Below are positions 25,280 to 32,000 of a DNA stretch of 32,000 nucleotides, in pieces (within the stretch, counting starts at the first letter, position 1; every line of letters starts with the position of its first letter). A program made the position numbers and the translations under genes. Source of the DNA: Archaeoglobus fulgidus DSM 4304 (GTDB lineage: Archaea > Halobacteriota > Archaeoglobi > Archaeoglobales > Archaeoglobaceae); assembly GCF_000008665.1 (NCBI RefSeq), contig NC_000917.1, positions 1,950,001-1,982,000 on the forward strand, in the 5' to 3' direction. The notes below the pieces were generated by a model. The model worked only from the letters and a program-made list of their open reading frames with translations, had not been told where the DNA came from and did no database searches.

Positions 25280-26011
25280 ATGAAAACTATTCTAACAATC
25301 TCTGGCCTCGACCCGTCTGGTGGGGCTGGTGTTAGCGCCGACATAAAGACTGCTAAGGCAATTGGCCTTTATCCCGCTTCAGTAATCACTTCTCTGACCG
25401 TTCAGAACACATGTGGTGTAAAGGCGGCTATTCCCGTGGAGGCGGAGGTTATCAGGGAACAGCTCAGAGCGGTCATTGAGGATATGAAAATCGACTGCAT
25501 CAAAATCGGCCTGATCACATCTGTCGAGATTGCTAAGGTTTTGGCTGCTGAGCTTGTTCCTCTTAACGCCCCCAAGGTACTCGACCCCGTAATTTTTGCC
25601 GGTGCGGGCGGTAAAATAGGCGATGAGGAAGCTTACAAAATGATCCTGAAGCATGTTGATATCGTCACACCAAACCTAACGGAAGCCATAACGCTGCTGG
25701 AATCAACCAAGGAGGCAAGAGAGCTCGCTCTGGAAATGAACAAAAAGTATGGCTGCGATGTCGTGATTACCGGTGGAGAGCTTGGGGGAAAGGATGTTGT
25801 CTGCGAGGCGGGCAGAACATACACCGTCTCAGCAGAATTCTCACCCGTAAACATCCACGGCACGGGCTGCGTTTACAGCACCGCCCTCGCCTGCTATCTC
25901 GGCTTGGGAAATTCGCTGGAAAATGCTGTCAGAAAGGCAAGAATTTTTGTTCTTGAGAGTGTAAAAAAGGCTTTGAGGCCAGGAAGCTGTTTCCCTGTCG
26001 TCAATCCTTAG
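25280..26011 (+). CDS. thiD: Hydroxymethylpyrimidine/phosphomethylpyrimidine kinase
   Basis: ILTISGLDPSGGAGVSADIKT, TVQNT and HGTGCVYSTALA. Confidence 0.88.
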   Translation: MKTILTISGLDPSGGAGVSADIKTAKAIGLYPASVITSLTVQNTCGVKAAIPVEAEVIREQLRAVIEDMKIDCIKIGLITSVEIAKVLAAELVPLNAPKVLDPVIFAGAGGKIGDEEAYKMILKHVDIVTPNLTEAITLLESTKEARELALEMNKKYGCDVVITGGELGGKDVVCEAGRTYTVSAEFSPVNIHGTGCVYSTALACYLGLGNSLENAVRKARIFVLESVKKALRPGSCFPVVNP

Positions 26012-26772
26012 AACAAGATCCTCTCTAAGTCGTCCCCTCCGTAGAAGATTTCCTGAATTGCATCGTATATGTCCTCCATTCCGTAGCCCGTAAGCGCTGA
26101 TGCCGGAATGAGCGGTCTGAACAGCCCAGCTTCCTTCAGCAGGAGAAAGAGCTCAAGGTTCAGCGTTTTCCGCTCCAGATTAAGGCTATCGTAGAGGGTT
26201 TCAGGGTCCTCGCTCCATTCCACAATCCTCTCAAGCTCCCTCTCCGAAAGAATATCCGATTTAGACAGAACGAGCACCTGCGGTATTTCAAGCCTGAATA
26301 CGGCCGAAGACGCCATGAACAGCATTGAGAGAAATCCGGATGGTGTTTTGGACACAACGGGGTCGAAAAGATAGACCATAACGCTTCTTTCGGGGTTGAG
26401 AGCGTTTACGAGTACTCTGCTGCTCTCCCTGAGCGTGAAAAGCTCCAGCTGGCCGGGAGTATCTATCAGAACGTATTCTGACGAGGAGAGCTGAATTTCA
26501 TCTCTAATGTCATCGATAAGGGTTGACACGAGGTCTGCTCCAATTATCTGCGCTCCGTTAGGCCCAACGTTGTACCTCCCCATGATATCCTCAAGCGTGA
26601 ACCACTCCCTGACGTCGATGTCTGCAGAGTACGGGAGGAAGTCCGCGCCGGGGTCGAGGTTTACGGTCAGGTAATCCAGCTTCTTCAGGTCAAACCAGTC
26701 TGCAAGAGCCTTCGTCATGTAGGTTTTTCCAGAACCAGCTGTGCCGGTGAAGTATACGAAAATCTGCTCCAT
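26008..26772 (-). CDS. GPN-loop GTPase (Npa3/XAB1/PAB0955 family)
   Basis: Walker A GTAGSGKT, GPN loop NVGPNGA, and DTPGQLE. Confidence 0.88.
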   Translation of the reverse strand: MEQIFVYFTGTAGSGKTYMTKALADWFDLKKLDYLTVNLDPGADFLPYSADIDVREWFTLEDIMGRYNVGPNGAQIIGADLVSTLIDDIRDEIQLSSSEYVLIDTPGQLELFTLRESSRVLVNALNPERSVMVYLFDPVVSKTPSGFLSMLFMASSAVFRLEIPQVLVLSKSDILSERELERIVEWSEDPETLYDSLNLERKTLNLELFLLLKEAGLFRPLIPASALTGYGMEDIYDAIQEIFYGGDDLERILF

Positions 26773-26779
26773 GAAAAAA

Positions 26780-27028
26780 CTAAGGGTTGGGGTTCAAAAC
26801 CTCTACTCTGTACTTGGTTTTCAGCCCCTGAACGTATCTTTTGGCATCCACAACAAAGGGGCAGTAACTCGGACAGCCTGCCCCCTTAACCCCCTGAATG
26901 CGGCAGTTTGTGCTGTTAGTGCAGTCAACAACCTCTATCTTGCTTTCGTTAACGTAGATGACTGCGGTGTGTCTCCTGTTTTTCACCTGGAGGATCGTGC
27001 TTTCGACAGTAACCATCATTTTAATCAT
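26780..27028 (-). CDS. Small cysteine-containing hypothetical protein (82 aa)
   Basis: Four Cys in VDCTNSTNCRIQGVKGAGCPSYCP. Its stop lies 7 nt upstream of the GPN GTPase start on the same strand. No family recognised. Confidence 0.5.
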   Translation of the reverse strand: MIKMMVTVESTILQVKNRRHTAVIYVNESKIEVVDCTNSTNCRIQGVKGAGCPSYCPFVVDAKRYVQGLKTKYRVEVLNPNP

Positions 27029-27081
27029 GTCTAATTACCGCATAAAAAGTTTTCCATTTTTCGTATTCTACGTAAAAAAGT

Positions 27082-27564
27082 TCAGTGTTTATGAAACGCG
27101 GGGTATAACTTGTCATAGGTCTCCTCCAAGGCCTCTGGAATGACCTGCACGTCCGCCAAGACAGGCATGAAGGACGTATCGCCATTCCACCTCGGCACGA
27201 CGTGAATGTGGAGGTGGGCGGCAATTCCAGCCCCTGCAACCTTGCCTATGTTCACCCCCACATTGAAGCCATCAGGGTTCATTACTTCCCTTATTGCCTT
27301 CAGCGAGAGCCTGACGAGCTTCATGGCCTCCACAATCTCCTCTTCCGTCATGTCTTCGATGGATGGAATGTGGCGGTAGGGATTGACCATCACGTGACCG
27401 GGATTGTAGGGATTTCGGTTCATTATGACGTAGCAGGTTTTGCCCCTGTAGAGTATCAGGTTCTCCCTGTCTCTGTTCTCCTTAGGAGCGGTGCAGAAAA
27501 CGCATTCTTTCGGCTTTGGAGCGAGAACGTATCTTATTCTCCAAGGAGCAAAAATTCTCTCCAT
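27082..27564 (-). CDS. HIT-family nucleotide hydrolase/transferase
   Basis: Histidine triad AAHLHIHVVPR and an N-terminal CVFC. Confidence 0.85.
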   Translation of the reverse strand: MERIFAPWRIRYVLAPKPKECVFCTAPKENRDRENLILYRGKTCYVIMNRNPYNPGHVMVNPYRHIPSIEDMTEEEIVEAMKLVRLSLKAIREVMNPDGFNVGVNIGKVAGAGIAAHLHIHVVPRWNGDTSFMPVLADVQVIPEALEETYDKLYPAFHKH

Positions 27565-27607
27565 GACGGTAATATTTTCTGAGGTATAAATATTTTGTTT
27601 GGTCGCA

Positions 27608-27790
27608 CACTAGGAACATGTCCCCATTACCAAAACCAATCTAAAAAAAATATGTATTCGGTAAAGGATATTGTTAAGGAGCTTAAAGTCTTTGAGATGT
27701 ACCTCTCGAAATTAAAGGGAATATCAACCTACATTCAAAAGAAAACTTTAATTACAGGATTTCAGAGACTGTAAACAAACTGCTAGACTT
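27608..27790 (+). mobile_element. IS6-family-like element, 5' fragment (copy A)
   Basis: Terminal GGAACATGTCCCC at 27613-27625. 27664-27697 is 33/34 identical to 29153-29186. A residual 40-codon ORF at 27652-27774 reads MYSVKDIVKELKVFEMYLSKLKGISTYIQ.., parallel to copy B. Confidence 0.55.
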
Positions 27791-27837
27791 TTTTAGGACT
27801 GGAAAAACGGCAGAATTAAGGATTTTAAGGATAGAAA

Positions 27838-27911
27838 TGCCCGGACCCGGATTTGAACCGGGGACTATGCGGTCTTCAGCCGCACGCTCTCCCTGGCTGA
27901 GCTACCCGGGC
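27838..27911 (-). tRNA. tRNA-Phe (anticodon GAA)
   Basis: Reverse complement is GCCCGGGTAGCTCAGCCAGGGAGAGCGTGCGGCTGAAGACCGCATAGTCCCCGGTTCAAATCCGGGTCCGGGCA. It has a 7-bp acceptor stem (one G-U pair), anticodon loop CTGAAGA and a GTTCAAATC T-loop. No CCA is encoded. Confidence 0.92.
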
Positions 27912-27992
27912 TTAACCTATTGTATCCCATTAGTATTTTAATCTTTTTGGTTGGGTTTGCTCGTATGGCATCCCAATTATTTTTACATCTCT

Positions 27993-28179
27993 TCAATCTG
28001 GAGGAAGCTTGCACCAGAACGCATTGCAGAGTTCATCCCACTCCAAACTTATATGAGGCTTAATCTCGTTATGCCACCTTACAACTGCTTCAACTGAGCC
28101 AAGCTTTTCACTTTCTCTCAACCTTTACGTTAGTTTCCTCACATGAAGTGGGTCTAGGGTTGTGAAATAATTTTGGATA
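27993..28179 (-). pseudogene. Remnant of an rve (retroviral-integrase-type DDE) transposase/integrase C-terminus
   Basis: Two minus-strand frames read YPKLFHNPRPTSCEETNVKVERK (compare P-x-TNGKVER) and SEKLGSVEAVVRWHNEIKPHISLEWDELCNAFWCKLPPD* (compare wYN-x2-RPH-x-SL). Stops are present and no N-terminal catalytic part remains. Confidence 0.5.
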
Positions 28180-28297
28180 CTACACCTAAGCCTAACTTTA
28201 CAATTCCACAACTCAGCAACACTTCCACCTCCAACCCATTCAAATCTACAAACCCCACCTACGAAACCCCTTTCTTCTTCCAAGGCAAATCATCAAA

Positions 28298-28483
28298 ATG
28301 CCAAAAATCATCGAAGCTGTTTACGAAAACGGAGTCTTCAAGCCTTTGCAGAAGGTTGATTTAAAGGAGGGGGAGAGAGTGAAGATTAAACTCGAACTAA
28401 AAGTAGAACCCATAGATTTGGGTGAACCTGTTTCCGTTGAAGAAATAAAGAAAATCAGGGATGGGACATGGATGTCTTCGTAG
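28298..28483 (+). CDS. DUF104/AF2212-like antitoxin
   Basis: [32 protein letters not shown] is the family signature as I remember it. It overlaps the PIN start by 16 nt. Confidence 0.8.
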   Translation: MPKIIEAVYENGVFKPLQKVDLKEGERVKIKLELKVEPIDLGEPVSVEEIKKIRDGTWMSS

Positions 28484-28912
28484 ATACTTCGTTTGTGATA
28501 TCCTACTAATAAAAACAGATAAGACAGAAAAAGCTATTGAGCTCTTCAACCGTTTAAATCCGATTGCAAGCGTAACGGTCTACGAGGAGTCCTTTTACAC
28601 AGGCCTTCGAATTATAGCCCAGAAAAGGCTAAATATTAAAAATATGCTTATGCTCTCAGGGATTTTGTAAAGAAAAACGGATACGGCTTTGCAATGGATT
28701 TTGTAAAAGCTCTACATAATTTTTATGATGAAATTTACGTTGTTCAAGATTCGAGGGACTTGGAGTTAATTAAATCTGTCGCAGAGAAGTATAAATCACT
28801 CCCAAACGACGCCCTAATCGCTGCCACATGCAAACATTACGGCATCAAAAAGATAGCCACCTTCGATGAGGATTTCAGGAGGGTTGACTTTCTGGAGGTT
28901 GTTGGGCTTTAG
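28468..28912 (+). pseudogene. PIN-domain toxin gene broken by two frame changes
   Basis: Segment 1 reads [13 protein letters not shown] from ATG 28468. Segment 2 is track ORF 28461-28670 (..LLIKTDKTEKAIELFNRL..). Segment 3 reads YAYALRDFVKKNGYGFAMDFV...LPNDALIAATCKHYGIKKIATFDEDFRRV (track ORF 28694-28912). Junctions lie at about 28503 and 28640-28667, next to an A5 run. Confidence 0.75.
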
Positions 28913-29118
28913 GTTTTGGTATAACGCTTCAATCTCTAATCTTGCAATCCCGTTACAAATCCTGAAGTCAAGTCAAACAACCCTCTAACAACCTTTCTTC
29001 TTTCGAAACGAATTATTGGGGGTGTTCGGCCCCTATATCTGTGATATCTGCTTGGCGGTCGGTCACACAAAGAAAATCTATGAGAGGCTGGAAAAAGCTG
29101 AATTTGATTAACCTTCAT

Positions 29119-29690
29119 CCAAAGGGAACGTGTCCCTTACTAAAACAAATAAAAGGATATTGTTGAGGAGCTTAAAGTCTTTGAGAGGAACAACTCGAAA
29201 TTAAAGTTTTGGGAATAGCAATCTACATCCAGATATCATCGGCGAGAAGAACTGCTAAAATTCTGTCGGAGTTGCATCCTGTTTCCAAATACTCCGTTCA
29301 CCGATGGATTAAGAGGTTTGAGGAGAAATTGTCCATCTCACCGGAGAAAAAGCCAAGAAGCCAGAAACTATCTGACTACAAAGTCCTTATATCAAAGAAG
29401 TGCTTGAGTACTGCGAAAACAAGCCGAAATTTGTGGTGGATAAGGCTCCCTGGCTGGTTCAGTTTGGAGAGTCTTGGATTGGAGTACTAGCATCAAACCT
29501 TTCAGTGAGAGAAGTAAGGTTGAATCCGTGTTTTCTTCGCTGAAGCAGCGAATTTAAGTCTTTTTCTGTTTGATTAGCTGCCATAATCCAGTGAGAAACT
29601 GGAATTCTGTTCTGTAAGCTTTTCATGCTTTACTACAATTCGATTGAGTGGTTTTTGTTAATTAGACTCTACCCTGTTTTTTAGAAACAT
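29119..29690 (+). mobile_element. IS6-family-like element, internally deleted and frameshifted (copy B)
   Basis: Terminal GGGAACGTGTCCC at 29124-29136. The N-terminal HTH part reads LGIAIYIQISSARRTAKILSELHPVSKYSVHRWIKRFEEKL. Other frames read KEVLEYCENKPKFVVDKAPWLV and SLGLEY.HQTF..ERSKVESVFSSLKQRI, typical of an IS6 transposase C-terminus. The central DDE region is absent. The right boundary is uncertain. Confidence 0.55.
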
Positions 29691-29719
29691 TTATTTAATC
29701 TAAATTTTAAATTCAAAAT

Positions 29720-30385
29720 GTGTCTCAACAAATTGACCCACAACAAATTGACCCAGAACTGAAGTCAGGACAAATTAAAGTTTTATTAGAGCAATACAAA
29801 ATTCTAAAAAACGAGATACATTTAACTTCCCAAAAAATGACAGGAAATATTAGAATTGGGCTCATAGTTTTAAGCTTAATTGGGAGTTATATACTTCATT
29901 CTCTGATAAAAAATGAGATTACAAAGAGTGTCATAGATAACACTACGGATGCAGTTATGTACACTATTTCTATCCTGCTAATCATTGGATTGTGGACAAA
30001 CGTATTTTCAAGCCTGAGCGCGATCGCTAGATTAGGAGGGTACCTGATTTACTTAGAAAAAACAATAAACGAATTAATTGGAAAAAACTTAATGATTTAC
30101 GAAAGTGAATTTGTTCCAAAATTCTTCACGGGAAGTGCTATACTAGCTTACGATTTACCAAATGTCTTGGTATTTGGATGTACATCACTTTTTGTAATAT
30201 CTTTTTTGGGTTATAAAGTTCTTGTAACAATCAATACTCCAGATTTTAACTTGATTTTGAGAAGTTTCATAATTTTAATTTTAGTTATATCAACAATATT
30301 ATTTTTAGTTAATTTATTTACAATATTGAGAGTTAATAAAGTAAAAGATGAAATTGTTACTTTTTGTACTAAGAAAATTAAATAA
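29720..30385 (+). CDS. AT-rich hypothetical membrane protein (221 aa): hydrophilic N-terminal helix plus 4-5 TM segments
   Basis: GTG start. Hydrophobic spans include IRIGLIVLSLIGSYILHSL, AVMYTISILLIIGLW, VLVFGCTSLFVISFLGY and FIILILVISTILFLVNLF. Codon usage is strongly A/T-biased, unlike the neighbours. Confidence 0.6.
   Translation: MSQQIDPQQIDPELKSGQIKVLLEQYKILKNEIHLTSQKMTGNIRIGLIVLSLIGSYILHSLIKNEITKSVIDNTTDAVMYTISILLIIGLWTNVFSSLSAIARLGGYLIYLEKTINELIGKNLMIYESEFVPKFFTGSAILAYDLPNVLVFGCTSLFVISFLGYKVLVTINTPDFNLILRSFIILILVISTILFLVNLFTILRVNKVKDEIVTFCTKKIK
29726..29755 (+). repeat. Perfect 15-bp tandem duplication CAACAAATTGACCCA x2 (encodes QQIDP QQIDP)
   Basis: 29726-29740 equals 29741-29755, read directly from the sequence. 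Confidence 0.9.
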
Positions 30386-30402
30386 TAAAAAATAATAAAA
30401 AA

Positions 30403-32000
30403 TCAGAAAATCTCGGGAGCCCTGAACTCCCCGAAAACATCTCTTAAGGCGTCAGTCATCTCACCCAGCGTTGCTCTCGCCTTCACAGCATCAAGAACGT
30501 AGGGCATTAAATTCTCATCCTCTTTCTCTGCAGCCTTTCTGAGCCTGTCAAGAGCCTCCTCCACCTTCTTCGCATCTCTGTTCTTCCTGAACTCCTGCAA
30601 CCTCCTTATCTGCTTCTCCACCACTGCTTTGTCAACTCTCAGTAGCTCAATCTGTATCTCCTCCTCAATCTGATACTTGTTCACTCCAACTACAGTAATC
30701 TCTCCCTCGTCAATGGCCTTCTGCTTCTCGTAGGCGGACTTCTGAATCTCCCTCTGCACGTAACCGCTCTCAATCGCCTTAATCATTCCTCCCATCTCGT
30801 CTATCTTCTCAATGTACTTCATTGCCTCCTCCTCTATTCTGTCCGTAAGCCATTCAATGTAGTAGCTCCCGCCCAGCGGGTCAACGACGTCAGCAACACC
30901 GCTCTCTTCAGCAATAATCTGCTGCGTTCTCAGAGCAATCCTCACAGCCTTTTCAGTTGGCAGGCAGAGAGCTTCGTCAAAGCTGTTGGTGTGCAGAGAC
31001 TGACATCCGCCAAGCACCGCAGCTAAAGCCTGCAGAGCAACTCTCACAATGTTGTTTTCGGGCTGCTGTGCCGTCAGTGTACAACCAGCGGTTTGAACGT
31101 GGAAGCGAAGCATCATGGACCTCGGATTCTTCGCGTTGAACCTCTCCTTCATTATCCTCGCCCAAAGCCTTCTTGCAGCCCTGAACTTAGCAATCTCCTC
31201 AAGGAAGTTGTTTCCTGCAGCAAAGAAAAAGCTCAGCCTTGGAGCGAAGCTGTCAACATCCATGCCTCTCTCTATAACCTTCTCAACGTAGGTGATGCCG
31301 TCGGCAAGGGTAAAGGCAACCTCCTGAACGGGCGTGGCTCCAGCCTCCTCCATGTGGTAGCCTGAAATGCTAATGGAGTTCCACTTGGGCATCTCTTTTG
31401 CACAGAACATGATTATGTCAGTTGCAAGCCTCAACGACGGCTCGGGCGGGAAGATGTAGGTGCCACGGGCGATGTACTCCTTAAGCATGTCGTTCTGCAC
31501 CGTTCCCCTCAAATTCGCCCTCTCAACCCCCTGCTTTTCCGCAACGGCCACATACATGCTGAGAATCTGGGCGCAGGTGGAGTTGATGGTCATTGAGGTC
31601 GAAACTTTCCCCAACGGGATGCCGTTGAAAAGAATCTCCATGTCCTCAATGGTGTCTATGGCGACTCCAACCTTCCCGACTTCGCCAAGGGCCATTGGAT
31701 GGTCGGAGTCGTAGCCTATCTGTGTCGGCAGGTCGAAGGCAACGCTTAACCCCGTCTGTCCCTGCTCAAGCAGGTAGCGATATCTTCTGTTAGTCTCCTC
31801 GGCAGTGCCAAAGCCAGCATACTGCCTCATCGTCCAGAGCCTTCCCCTATACATTGTGGGATAGACTCCCCTCGTGAAGGGGTAAACTCCGGGATAGCCC
31901 AGCTTGTTCTCGTAATCAATCTCCACATCCTCAGGCGTGTAGAGGCGGTCAACCACTATGCCCGAGGATGTTTTGAACTCCTTCTTCCTTTCGGGGGATC
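30403..32000 (-). CDS. Methylmalonyl-CoA mutase, catalytic (substrate-binding) subunit; 5' end beyond the window
   Basis: [23 protein letters not shown] and HVQTAG. The frame stays open upstream of the track GTG (..[25 protein letters not shown]) to position 32000, so the true start is off-window. Confidence 0.9.
   Translation of the reverse strand, partial: SPERKKEFKTSSGIVVDRLYTPEDVEIDYENKLGYPGVYPFTRGVYPTMYRGRLWTMRQYAGFGTAEETNRRYRYLLEQGQTGLSVAFDLPTQIGYDSDHPMALGEVGKVGVAIDTIEDMEILFNGIPLGKVSTSMTINSTCAQILSMYVAVAEKQGVERANLRGTVQNDMLKEYIARGTYIFPPEPSLRLATDIIMFCAKEMPKWNSISISGYHMEEAGATPVQEVAFTLADGITYVEKVIERGMDVDSFAPRLSFFFAAGNNFLEEIAKFRAARRLWARIMKERFNAKNPRSMMLRFHVQTAGCTLTAQQPENNIVRVALQALAAVLGGCQSLHTNSFDEALCLPTEKAVRIALRTQQIIAEESGVADVVDPLGGSYYIEWLTDRIEEEAMKYIEKIDEMGGMIKAIESGYVQREIQKSAYEKQKAIDEGEITVVGVNKYQIEEEIQIELLRVDKAVVEKQIRRLQEFRKNRDAKKVEEALDRLRKAAEKEDENLMPYVLDAVKARATLGEMTDALRDVFGEFRAPEIF

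Noticed and set aside
28201-28290. G-quadruplex on the minus strand of the G-depleted tract
   Set aside because: Only three runs of three or more G are present (GGGG, GGGG, GGG). A canonical four-tract G4 cannot form.
28173-28364. 63-aa plus-strand [23 protein letters not shown]..
   Set aside because: It is a by-product of the G-depleted tract (Pro/Thr/Ser/Asn-rich). It also overlaps the well-supported antitoxin start in another frame.
28990-29108. Possible Zn-ribbon-like C-terminal fragment ..GVFGPYICDICLAVGHTKKIYERLEKAEFD*
   Set aside because: Only about 31 codons are open and there is no ATG. The upstream frame is closed by a stop and reads as non-protein. At most it is a gene fragment, too weak to call.
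1-32000. CRISPR arrays, rRNA genes, inteins, selenocysteine or other recoding signals
   Set aside because: No spaced direct-repeat arrays, rRNA-like sequence, or in-frame interruptions of conserved genes were seen on reading both strands. The only regular repeats are the short ones listed.

Overview
The window looks like a euryarchaeal chromosome segment, most likely Archaeoglobus. The 121-aa JAMM protein at 16547-16912 matches my memory of A. fulgidus AfJAMM, which I cannot verify here. Ftr, MfnB, archaeal PPAT, deoxyhypusine synthase and a GPN-loop GTPase fit that origin. About 40 tightly packed genes are mostly housekeeping: Lhr helicase, THUMP methyltransferase, MoaE, succinyl-CoA synthetase, a variant CcmE/CcmF pair, an aconitase-family dehydratase, ThiD and methylmalonyl-CoA mutase (runs off the 3' edge). 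There are two tRNAs, Leu-UAA and Phe-GAA. Two accessory patches sit beside the tRNAs. The first (8.95-10.9 kb) holds a transposase remnant, a VapBC module and a structured spacer. The second (27.6-30.4 kb) holds two directly repeated IS6-like fragments bracketing tRNA-Phe, an rve-integrase remnant, a DUF104/PIN toxin-antitoxin locus with a decayed toxin, and a very AT-rich membrane-protein gene. The best candidate for an undescribed system is at 19.4-23.4 kb. It has an unannotated 26-codon ORF 15 nt upstream of a radical SAM/SPASM enzyme, followed by a secreted beta-propeller-like protein. A PadR regulator and an SdpI-like membrane protein are transcribed divergently, with a perfect 8-2-8 palindrome in the shared control region. 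Several genes (Lhr, PIN toxin, transposase) carry single-base-type frame disruptions that the ORF track hides. No CRISPR array or rRNA was seen. All family calls come from reading motifs by eye; no searches were run.
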